64,000 nt of DNA from Pavona decussata (lineage: Eukaryota): the NCBI GenBank assembly GCA_977016875.1, contig CDRNST010000006.1, positions 6,448,001 through 6,512,000 on the forward strand, in the 5' to 3' direction. Made by a program: the position numbers and the translations under genes. Within the stretch, counting starts at the first letter, position 1. Every line of letters begins with the position of its first letter. Below are positions 25,301-36,613 of the stretch, piece by piece. The notes under the pieces are model-generated. The model had not been told where the DNA came from, searched no databases, and saw only the letters and a program-made list of their open reading frames with translations.

Positions 25301-27957
25301 GATCTTGATCCTAAAACTCCGCCAGTAATCCATGTTTTACTCCTCATTACAAGAGATTCATCGAGAAAAGCTTAGTAACCAGGCATTTAACTTGGGTGTG
25401 CTGGAACCGGAAGACACATCAAGTGTTCAAGAAATATGGTAAAATTTGAAAGTCTGGAAATGTTATTTATTGACAACTGCCAAGAAATTTCTCAGGAAAG
25501 TTATAAAATATCTCCCTTTAAGCAACACAAACATCTCAAGCTTTTGTGTGTGGCACACAACCGAGAAGCTCTTTCCGTACATTGTGTTTTTGAGCTGTTG
25601 AAGTACACTAACAGTAAAGTACTTTTTAGATATTCGAGGGCATTACTTCACACAAGAAGACTGATTACATCACTCGGGAACATTACAATACACAGGATAG
25701 AATCAAAGAAGTTGGCGATTATCAACATATGATCACATGCCTGCTGCGCGGGTTCCCGTGACGTGACGTACTGTACGCACATCCGGCTTTTATTTAACTT
25801 GCAAATCTTTAGATATATATATTTTTCTGTAACACGTTCCATGATAATCACAACCAGTTTTTCCTTGAATGTTCTTCATTTTGTGTTATCTCTATAGGCC
25901 AATAATATCTGGCAAACGTTAAAATGTTTGTACGTTGATTCAGGTTCACGGATGTTTATCATTGTATAACCTTTTATGTTTATATTACGCACGCCAAAGA
26001 TAAACACACAGATAAACTTGCGAAGATTGGAATAAATATTGGTTTTATAAAGTATAGTTCCTTTGCTTTTGTACTTTGATTATATTTATTCTGGGCTGAG
26101 GAATTACTTTATATGCAGGGAGAAATGCAAAACTTGAAAATAAACTAATAAAAGTGAATTAGAAAATAAATTATTTTTAACTTTGTGACCGGAAGTGCGT
26201 GAACCCCGATGTCTGTTTTCAATGCCCAGATTGTAAACAACGGTTCTTGTTGCATTTCACCCAGGATTTCAGATTAAAGTTCCGCAAATGACAATACACA
26301 GCGACTTGCTACAACTGAATTAACTGAACAGCATGGAAATTTTAATTTATTTCATTTTCAAAACGATCAAATGTGACCGGTCAACATGACCGGCAAGACG
26401 AAAGGTTGACCGGTCAACTCCCAAATCAGTCCGGACATTGTCCGTTGACCGGCCGTTATTTCGAGCCCTGATATGTAACAGACTTTTGTCAAGAAGCAAT
26501 ACTTAGGATACTTCTTAACTTTAGGGAGTGCTTCGTCAATCTGGTCCTAGGTCTCCTTCACTGTAGTCTAGTCTTAAATAAATAGACTATAACTGTTAAT
26601 AATTATTTACAAGCCTGTCAATTGTTCATTTTACAATTTTTCCTGGTTGTACAAATTTGAGAAAAATTACTAAAATAATGATACAGATTTGTATATTTTT
26701 AGCTCATTTTGGTGGTAAATAATTGAAAAATATACACTCAGAATTGAAAGTTTTAAGAAAGACTTACATGCATGGCTTTTGTCTTAGTCATAAACTCAGT
26801 CAACAGGCCAATGGCATCTCCAATGCAGTTTCCATAAATGGTACCTCTTATGCGATCCAGCAAAACCTCTTTATTCAGCAAAGACTGGGTGCTGAAATAC
26901 TGGGATACTGCTCCAGAATACTTCAATGAGAAATTGACATTGAAATGATTACTATTTTAAAATTTTAATATTAAAATAGTATTTGGCTGACTGTACATGT
27001 GCTTCTATGTAAATTACTTATACCAAATAAGAAATTCATTCAGCTTTGAAATTGGCAAGGTTACTTAAGGTCACCAGCAGATCCACTACCTAGGGGTCAA
27101 TTGACATGAGGGGAGGGGAGGGGGAGGCACTAGTGCCAAAATCTAGGCACCTGCATTGCATGCTAGTACTCATCTGTAATATAATCAGACCAGCCTGTAA
27201 GTGTGTCAAAATGATTTGGGTGTATTTAGTCGGCCATCACTTCACCAATCTCGAAGAATATTAAAATAACCGAACTATCCAAGGGACTGGTACCCATAAA
27301 CAATTTGGACCTGTACAAGTGAAACAGATTGGATTGGTCTGACTTTATAAGAAGTAAATCAAAAAATGTCTGCTGATTACATCTTATAAATCAGCAAGGT
27401 AACAGGAACATGCCAACATCTTGATCTACAGTTCCACTATTCAATATATTACATATATTAAACTCAGTTGATGGTTAAACATTGCTTCAGAAAATGTAAG
27501 CTGAATTAAGCATTTTGCATTGCTTAAAAGTTATTGTCACAGTTGTTATTGTTTTTCAAAAGACTGTCAAAATTATACCAGCTACAACTGGAAATTGCGC
27601 ACGGGAAAAATTGCGCCCTGATTTAAGCTCAAATTATAGACAAGTCTGACCAACGCTTGTAAGCTAATAATGGGTTTACCTCGATGTAAGAACCTGACAG
27701 GATTTCCTTTGTGTTGTATGTTATTGTTTTCCTTCGCTGTACTGTTTCAACGTTTTTATATCATTTCTTTCACGCCAGCAGAGAGGTTTACAGGTTTTTA
27801 ATTAACGAGGTTAAACCCTAATAATATAAAACAAGGTAGGAAAATAATCAAACTGGCCTTATAAAAGCTCACTCACTGGGCATTTAGCTGCAGCAGTCTG
27901 TGTCCCGGCATGTAAACTTGTACTTTCTGTTTCACGTTTTTTGTAAGGTACATCCAT
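19327..27957 (-). CDS. ADP-ribosylglycohydrolase family protein (ARH/DraG fold), multi-exon
   Basis: GT-AG exons join in frame: about 27957-27877 (start tentative), about 26921/26891-26768 (DRIRGTIYGNCIGDAIG), 24690-24505 (GDWTDDSDQ), 23510-23367 (GIGRTT), 21950-21648 (AANGGVMR, THADPRC), 20765-20607 (GYTYK), 20139-20009 (GGDADTNGAVAGALLG), 19390-19327 (stop). The metal-binding TDD and DxDT motifs are intact. Confidence 0.9.
20792..21187. mobile_element. PIF/Harbinger-like MITE (GGCCCC TIR) in an ARH intron
   Basis: tta|ggccccattcacact ... ggtggatggggcc|tca with internal aaaacg/cgtttt repeats. Related small element at about 22196-22436. Confidence 0.65.
21420..21612 (+). mobile_element. tRNA-derived SINE-like repeat
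   Basis: A box tagctcagttggtagagc and B box ggttcgaatccc followed by a T-run. The anticodon arm is not canonical, and flanking sequence is repeat-like. Confidence 0.65.
22652..23180. mobile_element. Fold-back MITE of about 530 bp (AT|AG...CT|AT ends, ISL2EU-like)
   Basis: aataggcgttatcacggtttttgacgccattttgacgag ... ctcgtcaaaatggcgtcgaaaaccgtgataaggcctatt; the arms pair almost to the centre. Confidence 0.75.
24005..24375 (+). repeat. Tandem array of about 6 units of 45-60 bp derived from a SINE tail
   Basis: Unit gggagtagtaatactcctagtcacttcatgctgggtatcctgtgatggactagcatcccatcc. A single related unit sits in the SINE-like repeat at about 2350-2415. Confidence 0.8.
24940..26470. mobile_element. 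Non-autonomous hAT-like element with 5-bp TSD, carrying an LRR-like coding fragment
   Basis: Perfect 15-bp TIR CAGGGCTCGAAATAA; ATATG duplicated at 24935-24939 and 26471-26475; subterminal tgaccgg repeats. Confidence 0.8.
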
Positions 27958-28179
27958 GACCAACCAGTGTTCTGAGCATTCAGCGACAGAATTTATAGCA
28001 CGAAAGCTTGACTGAAGAATGAACTTCTGTAGAGCTTACAAACAATTAAATAAGTTCTTAATATTGCATGTTCTTCTGGCAATAGCTGACACTTGCTGAA
28101 ACAGTTTTAGCAGCGTCAGCTGTTCTAAAAATTGCATCTGTAAACAGCTGACATTTGCTAAATATCATAGGGGATGCCC

Positions 28180-28618
28180 CTTTGGACTACCCAAGTGGAC
28201 TACGGCACTACAATAAAATGGGCTATCCTTAAAACTAATATTCCAAATAAGTACTATTTAAAGAAGCTGCTATTATACTTACATTTCACAGCTACATTGC
28301 ACGTAACCTTGTTTATTTTAAGTTTGTTCAGCACGTCCGCAGCCGCCATTTTGGATAAGTGTTCTTAATGAACAACCGCTGTACACAAAAAGCGTAGACT
28401 CATGCGGGGTGGAGCTAAGTCAAAACTTTATTTGAATTATTTTATGTTAAAAATCGCAGTATACCATGAGTACCGTGCACGTACGAGACGAAAATAAACA
28501 AGGTACGTGCAATGCAAGTATAATAGCAACTTCTTTAAATAGTACTCATTTTGGATAATAAACAATACTTTTTAGGGATAGCACATTTTAGGGTAGTCCA
28601 TTTGGGTAGTCTATGGAC
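28180..28618. mobile_element. Fold-back MITE
   Basis: ggactacccaagtggactac...agtactatttaaagaagctgctattatactt is inverted by aagtataatagcaacttctttaaatagtact...gtagtccatttgggtagtc. Confidence 0.6.
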
Positions 28619-29169
28619 TGTAGGCCAGTGTTTTAACCATCACCATCCTGAACTGAATAGCTTCTCATTACCTACTTAGAGGTTTCAGACGAGAGCGGAG
28701 AGTCCACCTCTATGAAGTTGTGGACGACAACCAGCAGAAATCCGGCTTGAGAGAAAAAAAATGTCCGCTGCAGCCTTGACCCTGCGGTCAGGCAATGTTA
28801 TAACGCGCTCCGGTATCAATCTTGAATCGTTTTTCAGAGTGTCACAAATTTGAATCAATACTCCGGTTAGCTGACACTTCGAACTGACTTTGAAAACTGG
28901 GAACTCATCCTTTCTCAAGTAAGGAAATTCTATGGGAGGTATTAGAAAGGGTGCGTTTCTTTGTAAAAGGGTTTTCTTTGCTGCACTTAGCTTGACACGT
29001 TACAATACACGTTTACCCCCGTGCTTTGTTCCACAGAATCGACAAGGTTAACGAAGTTGATTTACAGACGGTAGTTTGTGCAGCGAATTTTTTTTCTCAA
29101 CACTTGTTCTGCTCGAGTAAGTGAACGTTGGATGGGTTGAGTTATGGTTCATGGCCTTAATATGTGCTT

Positions 29170-29560
29170 TAAACATCTCTGGAGTATGACAAACATAGAT
29201 CTAGAGTCTTTGCAAGGTAAAGTTCGGGTTCACCCAGAAGCCTTTCCTTAACTTTATTCTCCGCAACACCGAAGATAATCTTCTCTTTGAATATCATCAG
29301 GCGTGATAGCATCAAAAACGCACTCAGTATCAGCGATTTGGCGAAGTGCAGTTGCGTAGCGATCAAATGATTCACCAGGATCTTGCTGTCGTGAATTGAA
29401 ACGATAGCGCTCGCACGGAATATTCTTTCTCGGATTAAAGTAATTGCCACATCCTCCGGATGACATTCTTAGCATCTTTTTCTCGGTAGCCAATAGATGC
29501 CACGTTCTCATTGGCTTCAGGTCCAATGACAGTTAGAAGCGCAGCTACTTGAACGTCACC
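29170..29560 (-). mobile_element. Gypsy LTR-retrotransposon gag fragment (frameshifted)
   Basis: QVAALLTVIGPEA, YFNPRKNIPCERYRFNSRQQDPGESFDRYATALR, then REKIIFGV...VKERLL..PEL.LAKTLDLC in another frame. Confidence 0.8.
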
Positions 29561-29564
29561 TTCT

Positions 29565-29662
29565 TAAATTCTTTGTTACATATACATTTTACATTTTTAT
29601 TTTGCCATACTGCACACATTACAAAATACAATACAAAATACAGGTTTTCAAGTCGAAAGTAC

Positions 29663-29695
<33 letters not shown>

Positions 29696-30120
29696 GAAAA
29701 TGGCGTGGAAGCCTAAACAAAACCACGAGGCTTACATGAAATAAGTTTTCCTCACAAAATACAAAATTGAATGACCAGGCACTTTAATCATGGATGAGCA
29801 AGAGGCAGAAGATCAGAGAAGAAATTGTATGTTAAAAAATTAACACCGTTCTCAATAAAGAAATCATTTAACTTTTTTTGGAAGGACGCGATAGATGTAG
29901 AGCTAGTGATATCAGAACTAAGAGCGTTAAAACATTTTGGGCTTTGAAAGAAAACAGAAAATTGTCTGATATTTGTTTTGCCGGCAATATGGTAAGCCAA
30001 TAGAAAATGTATGCCTGTGTTATAGCTATGGGTACGATTATGCAAGGAAAATAGAATATCAAATTTTGAAGGAAGATTGAAGCTGGAAAATGAATACATA
30101 AATTATCCATTTTTGAAATG
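29565..30120 (-). mobile_element. L2/Crack-type LINE 3' end (degenerate); related copy at about 58200-58810 on +
   Basis: HSYNT, TNIRQFSVFFQSPKCFNAL...SIASFQKKL motifs followed by a T-rich 3' UTR. The 58.2-58.8 kb copy shows HSYNT / RTNARQF..SYQGPK. Confidence 0.65.
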
Positions 30121-31434
30121 ACACTCTAATGTTCTCACATCTACTTCCACACGCTTCCTTTTTTTTCAGCGACGTTGCAATAATTGATTTCGATATTTAG
30201 ATCGTGACAGGCCAAACACGACGACTCCCGCTGGTCGCTAAATGTACCTTAGACTGCTCAGGATAGTGCTTTCCCGAGTACGCGTCTACGAGATTTTTCT
30301 CGCCTTTTGATCAGTAAAAACAGTAGCGAGATCGTTCTGCCGGATGCTGTACGCTAGCTCTATGGCATTTGTTTATGTCTATTAGCTCAGATTAACTGCA
30401 AGATTTCAGGTTATGCTAAGTAAATGTTATCTGTAAAGACATAGGATCCGTTAATTTCAGTCTTTTCTCGTGATTTCATGTTTAAGTTAGCTGCAGTGAG
30501 CTGAGATCGCAGAACGTTTGTTTATCACGGATATGAAAGTCTAATACATCCACGTCTTTTACAAAGCTGTTCATCATTTGTCGCTCGGATTCTGAAGCTG
30601 TGGCTTCCTGCATTTGCTTTCAGCTCCCTTGCTCTCTGGCTTCAATAGGTATTGCGTTCTTAGAGCTGACGAGCTCTTTGACTTTTCGAGAGAGTGCGGT
30701 GCCGGTAGCGTGAGAACAAAAGCCGCATATGCATCGATCGAGCCACTTCTGTAACCATGTAACGTTATAAAGCTTTAACAATGTTAGCGATAGACATCTT
30801 GGAGATCCGGTCAAGGTATGATTAAACATTCACGCACTCATAAATTACAGACAACGAATATATAAGCATTTACACGTGCAATACTATTATTGATAAACGA
30901 ATAGACAGACAGAATCTCATTAGTATGAGATGCCAGACAAACACCTGAACAACAAAATCGTTAAGGTCCAAATTATAAACTTTATTTAAGTCATTGCTTT
31001 CGTTAATATTTCCGACTGATGCGGATCCTTAACTTTTAGCGTAATTTTGAAAGCATAACTTATGTTACTAGCCCTTACAACGCAACCAAACGAAAAATGG
31101 TTTGTACCTGCAAATAAAGCCTTATTTGAGCTTTAAAAATGATCATGGTGTTTTCGTAAACCGTTTTTAATTTCCCCAGCCTTAACTGCACTTTCGCTTA
31201 ATATGATCTTTTGCCACTTCTTCGTCATCTACGTACCTTACTGATTAAGCTTACAAAGCTATTACTTTATTTTCAAGAACATTATAAATGTAATAACTGA
31301 CTTAACATGAAAAATTGAAGACAATGTGATGTAGTGTCTTTAGCTTACGTTATCATTTCAATGTGTGGGATCAAGATGACTGAACCAGCTAAGTAATGAA
31401 GCCCTTGAGAAGCTGGCTGTTCCACACTTATCCG

Positions 31435-32000
31435 TTACATCACCTCCAGGGCCCAGTTGCTCGAAGCATGGCTAGCGCTAACCCGGGTTAAATACCATGA
31501 CAACCTATAGGTTTTAATACCTCTTAATCAATGGTTAGCACTAACCATGCTTCGAGCAACTCAGCCCTGAATGTTATCTAGCACCTGGCACATATTTAGA
31601 ATTCTTCCTGCTATATCTTTGTCCCAGGTTATCCATTCACTGGTACTGGTGTCGTAATATCGGTCAAGCACATTCAAAGACCATGGAATCTCGCTCTCTT
31701 TCAGCTCAGTTCTGGCAAAAAAGCGGCCGAAGTTGATGACTTCATCCTGCGTCAAAGTCCCATGTTCGTTGTCGTTGGGCATCCATACTCCAAGGTAGGT
31801 TACTGAGGAGACCATGGCGTCTGGTGAATTTGTTTGCGTGCTTGATGGCTTTTTCAACGTTGTCGAGGCCCACTGTACTTCCGTCTCCACTCGACTCCTT
31901 TATTCCCCCAACTCTCTTGTTTGACCCAGACGCGTAGATGTGCAACTCGGCTTTGCATTTGCCTGCATTTCTAGACATATCTCTGCGACCTGCGAGCCGC
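31435..32000 (-). pseudogene. Pseudogene fragment of a glycoside hydrolase (GH5/cellulase-like) C-terminal half
   Basis: AELHIYASG...NVEKAIKHANKF in one frame shifts to TYLGVWMPNDN...EVINFGRFF...IPWSLNVLDRYYD...VLDNIQ. The final codons EVM* (31446-31435) are separated by a MITE. No upstream exons were found. Family call is from motif recall only. Confidence 0.5.
31450..31566. mobile_element. 117-bp MITE (CWG target) inserted 3 codons before the pseudogene stop
   Basis: cag|ggcccagttgctcgaagcatggctagcgctaacc ... ggttagcactaaccatgcttcgagcaactcagcc|ctg. Confidence 0.8.
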
Positions 32001-35000
32001 TGCATAAAAAAGTGACAATATAATACAACATAACACTTCTAGTCAGGGCCAGTTGTTCAAAGGCTTCAAAGCACAATAAGTTAACCTATGATTGGCGTGA
32101 ACTTCAATTCTACTTTATTTACTAATGAATAAAGATATTTTCGAAATATTTTCCTCTTTCACTCTTGATTTGGACTTTTCTTCTTTACCTTTAATGAAAT
32201 ATTTTCAACGAGCAAGACGAAAACCTTCGTTAACTTTTAATCGTCGAGTTAGCATTAAGCGCGTTTCAAACAACTTGTCCTGGGAGCCCATTACCCAGGG
32301 CCGGCAACTGTCATGTATTTGTGTTACGGCGTTTTCACAGACTTAGTTATTATTAAATTGAATTTCCTGCGAATTCAGACTTCCAAAGGGGCCCCGCTAA
32401 CCAGAAGGGAGTAGGATATTTTAAAAGTGGAAAGAACAAATGGCTGCTAGTTTTTTTTCTTTCAAATATCATATTACTTACGTAGACACGAGCACAATCA
32501 TTGGAACTTTCATTTTTGAGGAAAAAAAGTAATCTAAAAGACCTGTCTATAAATAAACTGGTCTTTGAATACGCCCGGTCGCGGGGAGGGGAGGGGGAAA
32601 GTTTCACTCTCCAGGTTATGGGCTCCTGACTGCAAGCACAGGAACCCGGCATTATGGGCTCCTCACCAAATGGGCAAACCAGCGCGGGTTTGTCTTCATG
32701 CAGAACTATAGTCTATAACCAGAGGAAACCTGGGCCCTGTACAGCCTCACAATTTTACTAAGGGCGGGAAAAGCCCTGGGAACGAGCTTGGATATGGGAT
32801 GGTCAACGGATACCCTCTTTCCTATAATATTACTGAAAGTTTTCAGATTTGTAGTTGTTCAGGTTTGTGCAGTTAACAGGGAGGTGGGAAGGCGTTTTCA
32901 GCGTGACGCTAGTGAACCGTGGGAATTTTTTCTTGTAAAGATTTTGTGGCAGTTTTTGTAGTCTTGGGAAGAACTTTTTGGCAGTCACTTTTTAGGCCGT
33001 TTGATAAAAAGCGTATCTTAGTTTCTTCCTAAAGGTTGGTCTCCCCCGTTATAAAGAAGTGTAAATAAAGCCTTTTATTTTCATTTTTGTAACACAATAA
33101 AAGACAATATGCCCCCCGTTTGTGGTTTTGCTGAGCAAAGATAGGTTCACTAAATAAACTTGGGTTGCCTAAAACAGTTGCAATTGATACATACGATTTA
33201 ACAGATCGACATTTTTTAAACACTGAAAAGTATTTGTAACGAAGTTTACCCAATTTAACCCTTTAAACAACAGCCAACGAAAACCCGAAAACAAATGAAA
33301 CCTTCACAAAACGCATTAAGGGATCGAAAAAACTGCAGTAAACAAATTACCTATGTTGCCAAAAGATCACTTGAATTGAGAATTTTTCAAATAGAAACGA
33401 ACCATTTGTCCCTGCAGTGCCTCCCATTCAGTGCATACGAAGGCGCCTGTCCCCGTTTCATACCTCTGCTATATCTCCCCTAGTGTGTCCCAACGTTTAT
33501 ATCCTAAAAGTAACGTCTCACCCAAAAGAACCATCTCGAATAATGGAATAAATAGGTAAGAGGAAGGCAAGAGATGTACATAGTATAAGTTGGAATTGAA
33601 AGGTTCAGTGGTTGCGTGGCCCTCAGTGAAACACCTGCAGAAACAAAATTTGGCATTTGTTATTGGAGTACATTCCCAAGGGGAGGGGGGAGGAGTACTC
33701 AAGAAAGTTTTATACAGTGAAGCTCCACTCCGAGGTCCAAACCCTTGCCCAACATTGTTCCCAGGGCTGACCCTTGTCTTTTATATACCACTGCTGACAG
33801 AAAAAGTAGCCCTTTCATGTACCTTCCATAGAAAATGGTACCCCTTTCACTTAACCACCGAAAAAAAAAATACCACCATTAATTTCGCTTGTCCTGTTCG
33901 AAATATTTTGAAAGGCCCTTTTCAAATGAGAGTTTTCCCTATCCTTTAATATGCTTAAGCTCCCGAAATCGCCTGAAACCTTTATCCCTTACCTCCAGCC
34001 TGGAAAAGGAACTCCTTTCGGGTGGAGCCTCCCGTATAGTCCGTTATAGATAGTACTATCTCCACGCCCCGGGAGCAACAGAACTAGAACCGGGGCTCAG
34101 GTCTTGTGGGACCGATTCACGCGATTCACGCGATTCAAGCGCCACTTGACATGGCTTTAATGGAAATATCTCGTTCGCGTTTCAAGTAATCCAAATACTC
34201 TACACTCATCCCGTGAATTTGTGTTGTGGGGTGTTTTGTAAATTTTTGGGTGATTTTTGGGTATATTTGGGAGGAGATAGTTTTTCTAGAAGGATTGGTA
34301 AAATTAAGAGAAATAACAAATATTAAAGATTTAATGAAGATTTAAAATTAGAATTTGAAGTTAATAATTAATAGGCGGACACCAAGTTAGTCCACTGGAA
34401 ACCTGGGGTGTTCTTGCGTGGGTATCAACTGTCTGTTAGTGTTCCAAAAATAATTTTCTTTCTTCTATCCCTTCTTAAAACCTCTTCAAATTTCATTCAA
34501 ATTTAGGTAGAATCCCCCCTTAAGTTCTATTCTTAACTCTACCACTGTGTTTCTATTTGATGTTTTTATTACCAAGGGAATTAAAAAAGAAGGACATGAG
34601 AACCGTGGTAAAATGCCATTGTATGTATACCTGTCTTCCTCCCCCCCCCCCCCCCCCATTCACGCCCCTGCCCTGTCCAGAGGTGTACAACAAGGAATGT
34701 TTGCCTGGGCGCAGACGTCCCATTACATTAAAATATTTGGGAATTCTGTCTATTGAATGAAACAATCGTGGCAATCGGTGAATGCAGCGTTAGGAAATCG
34801 TGAAAAAACAGTAATTCTTGTGCTTTAGTATACTACCGCCGGCGCCTTATTTCTATATCCTAAATATAAGAAGAACAATTATTCATTAATGTAATATTGC
34901 GAAACAATACGCTGTTGACAGAAAACCTTTAATCATATGACCTGTGCCTTCCTTCAAACTCCCGTTGTTCGTAGTGAGACAGATTGAAGCGCACATTAAG

Positions 35001-35015
35001 CCTATCCCAGAGAAG

Positions 35016-35468
35016 ATGAAGGCTTCAGTTCTTCCCCTGGTACTTCTCCTTACAGTTACAACAGTTCTCTCCAAGCAAATCAAGTTTGATAGTTGTAAGC
35101 AACAAGAGCTCGGAGAGATCACCTCCATTGATGTGACGCCCTGTGATCAAGAACCTTGCGTTCTCAAACGTGGAGGTAACGAAACGGTGACCATCAACTT
35201 TACCCCGCAGGAAGTTGTCACAGCTGCTAAGATTTACGCTTATGCTATCTTTGGATTAGTGCCTGTACCATTACCTCTCCCAGACCCTGATGCTTGTGAA
35301 GGACATGGATTGACCTGTCCCCTGAAGAGCGGCGAGCAAGTCGAGTTTGTCTACACTGTGTTCATCTCCCCGGACTTCCCGGCTGGAAAGTTGAAGCTCA
35401 AAGCGGACATTAAGGACCAGAACAGTAACTCGATTATCTGTGGAATTGTTGAGTTGGAAATCAAATGA
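35016..35468 (+). CDS. NPC2: NPC intracellular cholesterol transporter 2 homolog (ML domain), intronless non-canonical anthozoan type
   Basis: 150 aa starting MKASVLPLVLLLTVTTVLS (signal peptide). Six conserved Cys (FDSC, PCDQEPC, DACEGHGLTCPL, IIC), with PCVLKRG and CPLKSG motifs. No introns in the CDS. Confidence 0.92.
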   Translation: MKASVLPLVLLLTVTTVLSKQIKFDSCKQQELGEITSIDVTPCDQEPCVLKRGGNETVTINFTPQEVVTAAKIYAYAIFGLVPVPLPLPDPDACEGHGLTCPLKSGEQVEFVYTVFISPDFPAGKLKLKADIKDQNSNSIICGIVELEIK

Positions 35469-36613
35469 ACATTAGTTAATGGAATAATTGTGTTAAACAT
35501 GCAAATGCACTTGGATTGTGACTAAGTATCCATTTACAATGTTCATAAAGTTCAGAAATGTTTATAGTCTTTATACTTCGTTACTGGTTGCGTGAATCGT
35601 AAAATGCCGGAATAACACATCCCACTTCTAGGGCCAGCTTCCTGAAAAGAAAACAAACTTATATTCCTATTTAATATAAGTCCTCAATTCATGATTTGCA
35701 ACAAGCCACCTCTCACCCACCCATTTCTGGAGACCTGGGAATAAACAAGCCCCCAGCGTTAAGCCCAACCATAACCCTTTAATAATTTCCAATATCCCAA
35801 AGGGCTAATAACCAGCATTTTTTTATATTAGACTATCATAGTATGGCGTTCCAGAGAAAATCGTTATTCCCTCTATTTGTCTATTTATGATTAGAGGAGC
35901 AACTTTTTTACGGTATTACACCTTACAGTAATGATGGATAAAAAAAATAATGATTTTACTGTATATTAAATACACCGTTACATTGTAATAAACACGTCAC
36001 CAACAACCCAGTAGGATATCCTTGGGGCATGGATAGGATATCATATCTCTACAGAAATGGTTAAGGTGTAAATATAACCCTGGGAAATGGATAAGATAGT
36101 CCAGAGGGGAATGGCTGGATGAGAACGCTCCAGGTGTAGATGGAGAGTTAATCCTTGGGAGGATGGCTAGCAGCTAAGGAAAACCATGGGAAATGAGAAA
36201 CTTTGTCCTGGGGGAATGGGTTTGGGCTAAGCTTTGGGCGTAGGTCTAGTGTCATACCTCTGGAAGAATGGCTAATGATTAAAAAATAGCAATGTCGAGC
36301 GGGGATTATGGTTCAGGGGAAATTGTTTAGATAACTGTAGACAGGTCTGGGTGAAATTAGTCAGTATCGGAGATGGTTGGAACGAGTTGATCCTATCCAG
36401 TCACGATTATCGTACAGATTACCCCGGGTGGTATAATCGTGGCTTAACCCTCGGGAAACAGTTAGCTTAGTTTTAGGAAAGTGGGTAAAATAGCCCCAAG
36501 GGTAATGGGTTGAATGACAGTATTGGAGTCTTTGTTGGTCAACGCTCTGGGATAACAATGGGTAAGGGAGCATTCTAAGAGAATAGGTGGCATAAGGGAG
36601 CCCTAGGAAAAAA

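Noticed and set aside
34944-35015. N-terminal extension of NPC2 in the ORF track
   Set aside because: It starts at a GTG; the ATG at 35016 directly precedes a typical signal peptide.
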